DNA of 64,000 nt from a virus (lineage: Duplodnaviria; Caudoviricetes). Each line of letters opens with the position of its first letter. Position 1 is the stretch's first letter. Positions 1-10,039 of this stretch are shown here, one piece after another. A model generated the notes under the pieces. That model ran no database searches. It was not told the DNA's origin and saw nothing but the letters and a program-made list of their open reading frames with translations. A program made the translations under genes and the position numbers. The stretch is taken from positions 32,001-96,000 of the IMG/VR virus record IMGVR_UViG_3300031813_000005, one strand, 5' to 3'.

Positions 1-2363
1 TAACCGCCATTAGCCATACTATGCAATACAGGCATACTTGGCATTCCAGCGCTATTAACAGTAAGTTTAGCTAATGGACTAACTGGTTTAGCAGGCGTTC
101 CTATTATCTTTTCAGTATCAGCAGAAGTATGACAAACCGCTAATCTTACTTCATGTATATCTTCTGCGGCAGATTTAGTATTTTTAGCTATTTCAGCTTG
201 AACTCTTTTCTTTTCTTCTTCTAAAGCATACTCTTTTTGTCCAACAGTCATAAAACCAACTTTACCGCCAGCTGTTTTACCATACGTCACCGTATCTGGA
301 CTATATTTAGATAATTGCCCTTCTTGTTTATCTATAGCAGATAACCTATTATTTAAATAGTCTAATTCTGGCATATTTCTATTGTTTCCAAAACTACCTA
401 AAACACCGCGCTTTTCTGATAATTCTTTTTCTATTTGTTCTCTTGTTTTTGCTCCAGCAAAAGGTTTCATACCTAAAATAGAGACATTTGCCATTGCTGC
501 TCTAAACCCTTCTCCTGCTAATTGGCCTAATAGGAAAAAAGGTAATTTTAACCCATCTACTATTAAATCTATAAGACTTTTCCAGATACTTTTATCTGGA
601 TTAGCAAAATCTGATAACATTTTATTAACAAACTCAATCATTGGAACAAGGTTATTACCTAACCAATTAGCTACTTTGTCTACTATTTTTCCAAGAGTAT
701 CTATTAAACCACTATGTTCCATAGTTCTTTTGAAATCCATTAAGAAATTTTCAACACTTCTTAATAAATTATTCATTCCACTTGAACCGCCTATAATGTT
801 TTGGAACATCGTTACGAACATTGTTTTAATTCTATTCCATACAGAAGTTAAATCACTATTAACCTTCTCATAAGCATCTTTTGTAGCATCTGTTTGAATA
901 GTAGCTAACTGTTGTTGAGCTTTTAACATATCAGCAATAGTTTCCTGTCTTGTATTTATCATTTTAATAACAGTTTCTTTTGATAAACCAGATAATTGAG
1001 CACCGACTTGTGCTGTTATTTGGATATTTTCTCCAAAACTCTTATTTAAGTTTTGTAAAAAGGTTATTCCTCTTAACATAGCATCAGTTTTATCAAATTG
1101 GTTAGTTAACATTTGATTTATATTAGCACCACCAGAAATAGCCAAGAAAGCTCTAAATGGCGAGTTTTGGTCAGAAATTAGACTACCAGCAGATTCGAAT
1201 AGCCCGTTAAGTTCTGATACACTTAAACTTAATGTTGTAGCTAATCCAGACAATGACATTAAATCTCTTGTCATTTTATTTGTAAACTCTTCTCCACGCG
1301 CAGTAGCAATAGCTAAAGCATTGGCAGAAGACGATATAGCTTCTCTAAATGTAGCAAAAGATACTTGACCAAGATTTGTTCCGTTAAAAACTATTTGATT
1401 AAATCTTGTAAACGTATCTCCCATTGCTGTTAAGGAGTCGACACTTATCTTTGTAGACTTTAATAATTCGCCGTATAAACCACTAATTTCACTTGAAGCT
1501 ACTCCTGTGGCTCCAGATAGAGTTAATACACTACTTACTAAATTAGTATCAAGAGACCTACCAAGACTAACACCAGCTTTAGCAAAATCAAGAGCTACAC
1601 CATTTACTTGTTCTAATGAAAACCCTAATCCCCAAACAGCTTTATTTAAATGCTGTAATTTACCAGCGAATTCCGTGACACCTTGTTGTCCCATACCCAC
1701 AACAAGCTGGTCAAACTTTTTAACCTCATCTCTCGCAGACATCGCAGAAGTAAACATTTTATAGAATGCTGCGCCTATACCAACAATAGCTACAGCTAAT
1801 AATGCTAATCCACCAGTAGCGATTGTAGCAAATGCTCCCATTTCAACAGCTCCTACTTCTGCTGATGTGGCAACACTATCAAGACCAGCGGCTAAAGTAG
1901 CACTATTTTTATCTGCGGATGCTAATGCTGAAGCTAAACTTGAAGTATTTTCTTTTGACTGGTCAGAGGCATCTTTTCCGGCTTTTCTCCAGCTTGTAAT
2001 GCCAGAAGCTACATCTACTAAACGTTTACTTATAAAGCCTAAACTCTTATAAAATTCTTGATTATCGAGGTTCATATTTTTAGAAGCTAAACCATAACCA
2101 AGCATTGTTTTAGTAGATTTTATTAAAGCATAATCAAAACCAGTAATGTTTTTAATTTTATCTTGAAAAAACTTTGCTCCGAAGATACCATCTTTATCCA
2201 TTTTACTTTCTTTGGATAACTGATTAAGCTTTTTAGATATAGCTGCCATAGCAGGACTTAACTGTCTGTTAATATAATCCTGGTCTACTTCTATTTTAAT
2301 ACCAATAGCGGCAAGTCTTTTCATTAAGACTTTATCAGTAGTTTCATTATCTTGTTCAGCCAT
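1..2363 (-). CDS. Tail tape measure protein (partial, runs off the left edge; not in the ORF track)
   Basis: Manual translation from ATG 2363 (MAEQDNETTDKVLMKRLAAIG). Spot checks near 2200, 1770, 1050, 570 and 30 are all open in one frame. Ala/Gly-rich helical sequence, a hydrophobic segment GGLALLAVAIVGIGAAF, an MANGG motif at the edge, and a position downstream of tail genes. Confidence 0.75.
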   Translation of the reverse strand, partial: MAEQDNETTDKVLMKRLAAIGIKIEVDQDYINRQLSPAMAAISKKLNQLSKESKMDKDGIFGAKFFQDKIKNITGFDYALIKSTKTMLGYGLASKNMNLDNQEFYKSLGFISKRLVDVASGITSWRKAGKDASDQSKENTSSLASALASADKNSATLAAGLDSVATSAEVGAVEMGAFATIATGGLALLAVAIVGIGAAFYKMFTSAMSARDEVKKFDQLVVGMGQQGVTEFAGKLQHLNKAVWGLGFSLEQVNGVALDFAKAGVSLGRSLDTNLVSSVLTLSGATGVASSEISGLYGELLKSTKISVDSLTAMGDTFTRFNQIVFNGTNLGQVSFATFREAISSSANALAIATARGEEFTNKMTRDLMSLSGLATTLSLSVSELNGLFESAGSLISDQNSPFRAFLAISGGANINQMLTNQFDKTDAMLRGITFLQNLNKSFGENIQITAQVGAQLSGLSKETVIKMINTRQETIADMLKAQQQLATIQTDATKDAYEKVNSDLTSVWNRIKTMFVTMFQNIIGGSSGMNNLLRSVENFLMDFKRTMEHSGLIDTLGKIVDKVANWLGNNLVPMIEFVNKMLSDFANPDKSIWKSLIDLIVDGLKLPFFLLGQLAGEGFRAAMANVSILGMKPFAGAKTREQIEKELSEKRGVLGSFGNNRNMPELDYLNNRLSAIDKQEGQLSKYSPDTVTYGKTAGGKVGFMTVGQKEYALEEEKKRVQAEIAKNTKSAAEDIHEVRLAVCHTSADTEKIIGTPAKPVSPLAKLTVNSAGMPSMPVLHSMANGG

Positions 2364-2376
2364 TTATATTTCCTAA

Positions 2377-2384
2377 ACTTAATT
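2377..2384 (-). promoter_or_regulatory. Late promoter motif AATTAAGT (tape measure gene)
   Basis: Recurrent motif, followed by TT-AGGA and the ATG. Confidence 0.65.
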
Positions 2385-2389
2385 AATGT

Positions 2390-5278
2390 TTATGGTAGAT
2401 TTGGTATTGGTCCTGGAACAGATGCTGGTAATCCAGATGTGGCGCTTTGAGTATTTTTTATTACAGTAGAATAATATGTGTTTAAAACAATTTTTAAATC
2501 AGTAGCAAAAGTTCCTGTAGTAAAATCTGAACTATTTAAATCTATTTCTGACACTTGATTTACACCATACGGAGATATTGGAGAAGAACCGGAGAAGGCT
2601 GTACCAAGATTAATAGCTCCATTAACTGTATTAGAAATACTTTGTTTTGTATTTTGTTGGTCATGTAATATGTTTGTCATTTGATTAGTCAAAGATGATG
2701 GAACAAAAGATGGGTCAATTACTTTTTGACCATCTAACACGGTAATAAAATTGTCTCCGCTTATTGAATGCTCAATATGATTAACAAAATATAAACCAGA
2801 CGTTAGGGCGTTTAATTCTTGCGTAGTTGTTATTACACCAGTAATTGGATTTACATGTTCAACAGGATAATATGATAATAATTCAAAACATCCTGGGCCC
2901 AATCTTATTAAATTAGGGTCCCCTAAAATAGTTATTTTTGCTGTTGTAGGCCATCTTAAAAAAGTTGCTACTCTTGATTGTATCATATATGAAGCACTTT
3001 GAGCCGGTCCTGTAGTTGTATCTACAGGAATATCAGAACATGATAAACTTCTGTTTTGTCCCGACATATCATCGCCGTCAAAAATGGCAAGTTTTCCTAC
3101 TTTACCTGTTCCAACAGAACCTTTAAACGAACTTCGTATATCTCCTTGAACAGCTCTACTTTTTTGTAATTGTTTAGCAGCCGCAGCTTCAGATTTTGTA
3201 GTATCTTCGCTACTATCTGGTCTAAATAAACTATTTGTATTTTGATTTTGATAAGCAATTGCTGGTTCTATTTGGCCAAACCATTTTCCTTGAACAGCAT
3301 AAGCCATTTTTTCATTTGCTGCTTGCGTTAATGCTGCTATCAAATCGCTATGACTTACGGACAATGCTATGACTTCTCCAAACATCTGTGGAGTATTTCC
3401 TTGTGTAGCAACTTGAAATACGTTTTGGCCAGACCCATATAAATATGGCATAGAAGAAGCACCGGGCCCGTATTGAACAGGTAAATCAGATAAGAAAATA
3501 GTATAATCATTTAAAATATCAGGTAATAGGAAGAAGGCACCTACATCATAAGGTATAGATTTACCATTAGGGTCTAATCCTGTAGAGTTTATATCGCTTC
3601 CAGTAGTTTTCCAATCAGCAGGTATATTTGGTATCCATTGTAAAGAACATTTAGTAGATAGTTTAGCTATATCTTGCTTTAATTGAGCAGTTATTAAAGT
3701 TTGTGCCTGTTCCCTGGTTAAAGAGGTATCTTTTGTACCAGTATTAGTTTTAATACTTTTAAGCAAATCATCTGAAATAGTGCTAATACTTGCTGGCATA
3801 TTTTGTATAGTTTTTAAATCTGATGCTAAAGCATTAAGTTTTGTTGTAGTTATACTATCATTATCACTTTGATTTGCGGATACACTGTTTTCGTGTGGAT
3901 ACCATCTACATCTACACTGTGCCGCAAGTTCATTAGCAACAGTAAAAAAGTTTCTACCGTTTATACCAACAGCCGCAGAAGGTTGTGTAGCAAAGAAAGT
4001 TTTTGTAAGAGTTCCAGTCGTAATAGCAGCAGATTGTTGTCCTTGTTGTGTATCTGGAACAACGCCAGAAGACATTGAACTAACTATTTGATTATTAGAA
4101 TTACCAGCTGCCGATGTATTTTCAGTTCCAGATACAGAAGTTCCTGGGGCAGTTGGTTGCTGTAGAGATAGATTTTGTTTTAGTTGATATACAGCTAACA
4201 TACCACCAGGTTTTGTTGCTAAATATCTTTCTAAATCAGTTGTATTATAATAACTTGTATAACCACTTGTAGCCATACCAAACTTTTGTATAGCTAATGT
4301 TCTTAATTGTTCAGCATATGAAGATATATTATTTATAGAGCTTAATCCGCCTACATTAAGATTAGATTGCGTACTATTTTGTATTACTTGTTTTTTAGAA
4401 GAAAAACCACCTGTTGTAGAATTACTGTTAGTATTTGGATTATTTCCTCCAGGAATACCAAAATATAATAAATCATCTAATGTAAACAATCTTACATGTA
4501 ATAGACCCTCTAATAATGTTCTTAATTGTTCTTGTGGATAATCTGGTAATATAATAATATCATTAGAACTGTTTTCAAGAACTAAAGTTCCAGTTTCTTG
4601 TAGAGATAAAGTAAATGTTGTTCCCTGTGTTCCAGGATCAGTCATATCTATATGCGTAATTACAAAAGTTAAAGAAGGAGAAAGGGCTTGTACAGTATTA
4701 GAAGATGTAGTAGAAGAAAAGGCCCATCCAAACTTTAATGTAAGTGTTGGTAAACCGCCAGTTCCAAATGCAGCTTTATCTGTAGCTTCTTTAGTTCCAC
4801 CCTGCTTTGCGTATATATCTAATGGTATTAATATCTCTTTTGGGTCTTTTGTAAATAATTGAATAGAACCAGTAATTGATTTTTCGACACCGCCCAATGG
4901 AAACTTTAGATTTAGATTTTGAAAGTTCATTTTAGAGTTTATATATTTTCCAGTGTCTAAATCTATTTTTTTAGGATAAATCTGCGTACCATTTAATGAT
5001 ATTTCCGCAATAGGGGTTCTTGCGTTATAAGAAGGAAAGTATTTATTATTACCTTTACCGGAGTCTCCTATACCATTTATATTTAAAGATGAAGAACCAT
5101 TATCAGAAATTTGATTTTTTATAGTTTTAACAGACGCCTCATCTAATAAATCTGTTAATAATTTTATAACAGCATTTATAGTATTATCTCTCTTACTTGA
5201 AGTAGAGGAATTAGTATTATTTACTAATTTTTGAATATCTTGTATATCTATTAAAAGATTAGTATTATCTACTGCCAT
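2390..5278 (-). CDS. Baseplate hub protein (gp27/gpD/VgrG-like), enlarged
   Basis: C-terminal hub-like signatures AKITILGDPNL and SGLYFVNHIEHSISG; lies between the tube initiator and the tape measure gene. Confidence 0.65.
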   Translation of the reverse strand: MAVDNTNLLIDIQDIQKLVNNTNSSTSSKRDNTINAVIKLLTDLLDEASVKTIKNQISDNGSSSLNINGIGDSGKGNNKYFPSYNARTPIAEISLNGTQIYPKKIDLDTGKYINSKMNFQNLNLKFPLGGVEKSITGSIQLFTKDPKEILIPLDIYAKQGGTKEATDKAAFGTGGLPTLTLKFGWAFSSTTSSNTVQALSPSLTFVITHIDMTDPGTQGTTFTLSLQETGTLVLENSSNDIIILPDYPQEQLRTLLEGLLHVRLFTLDDLLYFGIPGGNNPNTNSNSTTGGFSSKKQVIQNSTQSNLNVGGLSSINNISSYAEQLRTLAIQKFGMATSGYTSYYNTTDLERYLATKPGGMLAVYQLKQNLSLQQPTAPGTSVSGTENTSAAGNSNNQIVSSMSSGVVPDTQQGQQSAAITTGTLTKTFFATQPSAAVGINGRNFFTVANELAAQCRCRWYPHENSVSANQSDNDSITTTKLNALASDLKTIQNMPASISTISDDLLKSIKTNTGTKDTSLTREQAQTLITAQLKQDIAKLSTKCSLQWIPNIPADWKTTGSDINSTGLDPNGKSIPYDVGAFFLLPDILNDYTIFLSDLPVQYGPGASSMPYLYGSGQNVFQVATQGNTPQMFGEVIALSVSHSDLIAALTQAANEKMAYAVQGKWFGQIEPAIAYQNQNTNSLFRPDSSEDTTKSEAAAAKQLQKSRAVQGDIRSSFKGSVGTGKVGKLAIFDGDDMSGQNRSLSCSDIPVDTTTGPAQSASYMIQSRVATFLRWPTTAKITILGDPNLIRLGPGCFELLSYYPVEHVNPITGVITTTQELNALTSGLYFVNHIEHSISGDNFITVLDGQKVIDPSFVPSSLTNQMTNILHDQQNTKQSISNTVNGAINLGTAFSGSSPISPYGVNQVSEIDLNSSDFTTGTFATDLKIVLNTYYSTVIKNTQSATSGLPASVPGPIPNLP

Positions 5279-5280
5279 AA

Positions 5281-6570
5281 TTAAAATAACTTCTTAAATG
5301 GATTTAATGAGGTAGTTGTTTGTGGAGTTTGAGTAGAAGACGGATTAGCTTTTTGAAACAAGCTCAACATTTGAGAGCTTATAGCATTTGTTATAACTCC
5401 CTGGTCTGATAGTCTCTTAACTGAATTAGCATTATCGTATATATTTAAGTTTTGGGCAGCAGTAGTATAAGATAAAGAGGAGTCTGTATATGTATTTAAC
5501 TGGCCTCCCTCAAATGTATATGCTGTAAAAGCCGTATTTTGATATAATCCTGTATTTACATCAGTATCAATTTCATTTAAGTTAAAAGTTAACATGCTTT
5601 GAAGTACTGGACTATTCATGTCATCTTTTGATAGCTCTTGTCCATTATTAACACCGCCATTATTAGACACAACTTGTTCGGCATATTGAACATTATTACC
5701 AGGACTTACAACAGTAAAGTTAAAAGTAGCTTCAAACAAATATGGAGCATGCGTTGGTATATTAGAATTGTTTTGGTCTATTATAGCATTATTAATAACA
5801 TTTTTTTCAGCTGTGCTTGAAGCTCTATTCACATCATCTTGATTAACCTGTAAAGACCATGGTCCAGAATATTTTATACTAACATTATTTACTATACAAT
5901 GTAATACTTTCCAAGTTCCTATAAAAACCGTAACTGGAGATGGCATATAATTATTTTCTGAAGGTGTAGCCAAAGACATTATATAATCAGAAAGTTTTAA
6001 TAGCTTTCCATGTGCTTGAACAGATTCGGCATAAAACTTTCCAGTTAAAGCGAAAGTTATAGGACTACTATTTTGATATGTCCAAACCGGTTCTGGCCTG
6101 CCTAAAAAGTTAACAGCATTCCAATTAGCTGTTTTTTGAAGCGTTATATCTTCTGGCGTACTATCAAAAACTATATATAATGGGACAGGCTGGTTGTTAG
6201 TTCCTGCTGTAGATTTTGGGTTTAAATTAAATAAAAAATCTGTTTTTAATATGATAGGAATAAAAGTTCTTTTAGAACTACTATATTTTACATTACCAGA
6301 TATTGCTGGTAATCCTTGACTATTTCCACCTAAAACATAATCAAGAGAAGCATTTATAATTGATGCCATATTACCATTAACTATATTTTTACTTTGTAAA
6401 TACGTACCAACAGAGCCGGCTGATAGGGATTTAAGATTAGTCAATGATTGTTGGTTCATTGCCTGGAATAAAACATTGGGAGACTGTAAAAATCCAGTTT
6501 GAGTAATAGAACTCTGTCCAGGCGTATTCGCACCCATAATAGCTTGCTGCATAGTACTTGTATCTGCCAT
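5281..6570 (-). CDS. Tail tube initiator / baseplate tube-cap protein (gp48/gp54/CIS-tube-like)
   Basis: PEDITLQKTANWNAVNFLGRPEPVWTY ... PSPVTVFIG ... CIVNNVSIKY pattern typical of tube-initiator proteins; tail context. Confidence 0.65.
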   Translation of the reverse strand: MADTSTMQQAIMGANTPGQSSITQTGFLQSPNVLFQAMNQQSLTNLKSLSAGSVGTYLQSKNIVNGNMASIINASLDYVLGGNSQGLPAISGNVKYSSSKRTFIPIILKTDFLFNLNPKSTAGTNNQPVPLYIVFDSTPEDITLQKTANWNAVNFLGRPEPVWTYQNSSPITFALTGKFYAESVQAHGKLLKLSDYIMSLATPSENNYMPSPVTVFIGTWKVLHCIVNNVSIKYSGPWSLQVNQDDVNRASSTAEKNVINNAIIDQNNSNIPTHAPYLFEATFNFTVVSPGNNVQYAEQVVSNNGGVNNGQELSKDDMNSPVLQSMLTFNLNEIDTDVNTGLYQNTAFTAYTFEGGQLNTYTDSSLSYTTAAQNLNIYDNANSVKRLSDQGVITNAISSQMLSLFQKANPSSTQTPQTTTSLNPFKKLF

Positions 6571-6585
6571 AAGTATTCCCGTCTA

Positions 6586-6593
6586 ACTTAATT
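6586..6593 (-). promoter_or_regulatory. Late promoter motif AATTAAGT (tube initiator and hub)
   Basis: Lies directly after the sheath terminator. Confidence 0.65.
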
Positions 6594-6596
6594 TGG

Positions 6597-6629
6597 AAAA
6601 TAAAACAGCCTCTAAATTAATAGAGGCTG
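6597..6629 (-). terminator. Intrinsic terminator after the sheath gene
   Basis: 9-bp stem CAGCCTCTA/TAGAGGCTG followed by TTTTATTTT on the minus strand. Confidence 0.8.
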
Positions 6630-6651
6630 CTCTACATTTATTTATTAATTA

Positions 6652-9318
6652 TTAAGCATTATTAATTGTAATACCCTGTCCTTGTGGAAGAATATTGAAA
6701 ACTTCTACAATTATTTCTGCTGTCTTTGTTGGAACAATAGAGATAGACATTACAAGTTCATTGTTTTCTAATACTTGAGACGTATTAACATCAGAACCTA
6801 CATCTACTGTAAAGTTTCTAATGGCTCCTAAATTCTGTTGAGCCTGAAGAGTAGATTCGGCAAGCTGCTTCAAACGAAGAGCAGTAACGGAATCCCCTGG
6901 TTCAAATTCGAAATATTTAGAAGCAGTAGAAATAACCTTACGAAGATAAAGTAAAAGTCTACGAACATTTACACGATTAAGAGCAGTTGTAGCTCTTTGA
7001 AGGGTCATTTGACCGCGAATATAAATACCATAACCAGCTTCTGAATAAATTGGGTTAATTTGAGCAAGAGTTAGAGCATCTCTATCGCCCTGGTTTAAAA
7101 TACGTTCTACAGCTGTAGCATTTAATAAATTACCGCGATTACGGCCAGCTGGAGCAGTATATACGGCACCAACAGAGTCGTTATATGCGTATTGAGCAGA
7201 TACCATACCGCTGGGAGGAACAAAGAGGTTAACCTTGTTTACAGAATCAACAACCTGAACCCAAGGGTAATATACAGCAGCATAATTACTACCAGAAACT
7301 AACACATTATTTCTATAGTTAATAGCTTCTTGGACACTTAAACCATAAGGAGTATCAAGAATACACATACAGTCACTACGATTTTGGCAAAGACTAATCA
7401 TAGCAGCAGCAACAGCAGGGTCGGCAGACCAACCTGGAACAACTAATAAATTAATATCAATTGCTTCTGGGTCAGAAACGCTATAAATGCCAGTCTTATC
7501 AGCAGCATCACCAATAATAGTATAATTATCTACAATAGTTCCAGTAGAGCCGTTTTCAAGGAAAGCAGCATAAGAAGGATATGCTATGTTAGAAGAAGTA
7601 GTATTTACTGCTCCCGTAATAACACCTAATCCGCTTGCGTCAGTAAATAGACCAAAAGAAGGAGTTAAATTATCGGAAGGTGTGCCATTTGTAATAACGC
7701 CGCTTGTATAATTTAAAGTATCTACAGTAGCATAGTCTATTTTTAAACTAACATAGGCAGAGCTTGAATTGATAGTAGACTGTAAAACATCTGGTGTTCC
7801 AGTATATTGTTCTGTTAGAACAAAATCGCTCTGATATACACTGGAGGGAGAAATGGATAATCCAGTACCTCTGGTATATAAAGAAACAACATATTGTTGT
7901 TCATCACTTGCGTCTACATTATTTAAGTTTAAATCTACAGTAATAGCTACATTAGAGAAATCAGCTTCACCAAGAGAAGAGAACTTTAAAAATGTTGGGA
8001 CAAAAGAAGAGCCAGCAGCATTCATTACCCAAGTAGGTCTGGAAAGATTTAAAGAGAACGTTCCAGTAATCTGCATGTTTGTAGTAGATACAAATGGACC
8101 TGCGTTAGTTCCATAAGAGAAAGTAGAAGAAGCACCTAATGTAATACCAGCTAATACAATTGTTAATCCATCAGATTGCACTGTAGCAGAAGATAAGCCA
8201 GCAGAAGCTCCAGTAACAGGATTAATATAACCTAAACCAGTTACTCCATCAAATGTGGCAGCGCAAAGTGGATAAGCAGTAGCAAGATTTCCAGTTAAAG
8301 AACTTGAACCACCAGCAAAGGCAGAAATTATACCGTTTAATACTGCGGAAATTGAAAGTGCATTATTTGCGGCATTAGCGGCTGTAATAGTTCCAGTTCC
8401 ACCTGTTCCGGTATAGAACATTGGGATTGTAATAGTAACGTTTGGACTGGCTACGCTAACATAACTATTTATATTAGTTAAAGTTGGGGTAGCATTAGGA
8501 GTTCCGGTAGTAGTAAGAACCAGTGAAAGTGTTCCAGTAGTAGTTCCGTTAGAGGTACTACCAATAACAACAGTTTCAGCAGCGATAGCACCGGAAACAG
8601 CCTTTGTGGTACAGAGGAATGAGCCAGTAGCAGTTGCTAATATTGGAGAGTTGAAGCTATTGAATTTAGTAGCATCTACAGTTAAATACAAATCTGCTAA
8701 ATCATCTACAGCTAAATTAGTTACTGGAACAGAGCTTCCCTTACCATAACCGGTGTTTACTGTAAAAGAACGACCTACAACATAGCTATTAACAAGGCCA
8801 GAAGAAATAAAGCTTGATAAATCTGAACCTACCTTACCATTTATAGCAGCTACATTTGTGGTATCCGTAAAATCAAAACCAGATAATGTTACTGGAGGAG
8901 TTGTTGGTAATACTACTAATTGGTTAGCTCCAGTAGCGCCCGTAGAATTGCTTACCGTAAAAGTAGCAGTTGTTGCTGTATTTGAAGATAAGGTCCAATT
9001 ACCAGAGTATGGTGTATAACTGGCGGGTAGTGGAACAGTTAGTTTGGCAACAGAAGCATCAGATGGTGCTACACGTGTTACATATAACTGATTTCCTTGT
9101 TCCAAGTACGAAAGAGCCGCATATCCTAAATAATGATTAGGGTTTGGCTGTCCAAATAAACTTACATATTGAGAAGCGGAAGTTACAAGAGTGGGTGTTT
9201 CAGTTGGTCCCATATCTGAAGTTCCTACCATAGCTACAATGGTAGAAGACAGATTGGAAACATACTGTGACAAATCCTGCTCCAGTGTATATACGCCAGG
9301 GGAAATAAATGTTGTCAT
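6652..9318 (-). CDS. gp18: Contractile tail sheath protein
   Basis: N-terminal FISPGVY..EQDLS; C-terminal YAAVYYPW, PPSG, APAGRNRG, INPI, NVRRLL. Confidence 0.95.
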   Translation of the reverse strand: MTTFISPGVYTLEQDLSQYVSNLSSTIVAMVGTSDMGPTETPTLVTSASQYVSLFGQPNPNHYLGYAALSYLEQGNQLYVTRVAPSDASVAKLTVPLPASYTPYSGNWTLSSNTATTATFTVSNSTGATGANQLVVLPTTPPVTLSGFDFTDTTNVAAINGKVGSDLSSFISSGLVNSYVVGRSFTVNTGYGKGSSVPVTNLAVDDLADLYLTVDATKFNSFNSPILATATGSFLCTTKAVSGAIAAETVVIGSTSNGTTTGTLSLVLTTTGTPNATPTLTNINSYVSVASPNVTITIPMFYTGTGGTGTITAANAANNALSISAVLNGIISAFAGGSSSLTGNLATAYPLCAATFDGVTGLGYINPVTGASAGLSSATVQSDGLTIVLAGITLGASSTFSYGTNAGPFVSTTNMQITGTFSLNLSRPTWVMNAAGSSFVPTFLKFSSLGEADFSNVAITVDLNLNNVDASDEQQYVVSLYTRGTGLSISPSSVYQSDFVLTEQYTGTPDVLQSTINSSSAYVSLKIDYATVDTLNYTSGVITNGTPSDNLTPSFGLFTDASGLGVITGAVNTTSSNIAYPSYAAFLENGSTGTIVDNYTIIGDAADKTGIYSVSDPEAIDINLLVVPGWSADPAVAAAMISLCQNRSDCMCILDTPYGLSVQEAINYRNNVLVSGSNYAAVYYPWVQVVDSVNKVNLFVPPSGMVSAQYAYNDSVGAVYTAPAGRNRGNLLNATAVERILNQGDRDALTLAQINPIYSEAGYGIYIRGQMTLQRATTALNRVNVRRLLLYLRKVISTASKYFEFEPGDSVTALRLKQLAESTLQAQQNLGAIRNFTVDVGSDVNTSQVLENNELVMSISIVPTKTAEIIVEVFNILPQGQGITINNA

Positions 9319-9344
9319 TGCTGTTAATCCTTAAAAATATTTTA

Positions 9345-9836
9345 TTAGCTTAATGTTAATACAGCTTGGTCAACGCGTAAGTCCACCGAAACATTTCTTA
9401 CGCCAGCACCGTCTTTCCAATCCATCTGTCCAAAGGCTAAACTTACGGGCCATGAACCAACTAATAACCAAGATTCAACAATAGAATGATCAGGACCATA
9501 TACTAAAAGTTGTAAATCTTGTTTATAATTTTGTGGATATCCCATAAGAGAGGTAGCTTGACTATAAATTGTAGTATACCATGCTTGTAGAGATTTTGAA
9601 GCAGCATTATCTACGAAATCATAAAACTCTAATTTTACTTCGCCGTATGTTACTTTTGAACCAGCAACATAGAACTTTTCGTGCATTCTATGGACTTCTA
9701 CTTTTTCTACTTCAATATTTGGTATACTAACAGAATGGCAGGTTAGGCGAAGAGAATCAGTTAATAATAACTCAAATCTATTAGTTCGCTTTGGTTCTGC
9801 TAAATTGTTGGTCCAACCCATCAACTTCTCACTCAT
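9345..9836 (-). CDS. gp19: Tail tube protein
   Basis: EPKRTNRF, SVSIPNIE, W.LVGSWP motifs; 163 aa; adjacent to the sheath gene. Confidence 0.9.
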   Translation of the reverse strand: MSEKLMGWTNNLAEPKRTNRFELLLTDSLRLTCHSVSIPNIEVEKVEVHRMHEKFYVAGSKVTYGEVKLEFYDFVDNAASKSLQAWYTTIYSQATSLMGYPQNYKQDLQLLVYGPDHSIVESWLLVGSWPVSLAFGQMDWKDGAGVRNVSVDLRVDQAVLTLS

Positions 9837-9987
9837 AACTCATTCCTTTTCAATACTTTAAAGTGTTTTACTTGCTTGTTTCGTTTGTGGAGTTCAATTT
9901 CTCTACTATTTAATTACTGCTTTATTATAAGTTTCCCTGTCAGCTGTAATACATTTTATACACACAAGTTAATTGATATTTTTATAC

Positions 9988-10018
9988 AAAAAAAGAGGGC
10001 TCAAAAGAACCCTCTTTT
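9988..10018 (-). terminator. Intrinsic terminator after the major capsid gene
   Basis: Minus strand GAGGGTTC-TTTT-GAGCCCTC followed by T7. Confidence 0.85.
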
Positions 10019-10039
10019 CTTATATTGTTATACCAATTA

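Noticed and set aside
382-2052. Plus-strand ORFs 382-873, 1507-1764 and 1867-2052
   Set aside because: They are antisense shadows of the minus-strand tape measure frame, which the track missed because it runs off the window.
9837-9987. ncRNA in the capsid-tube spacer
   Set aside because: Only weak AT-rich pairing; two late motifs and a leader explain the region.
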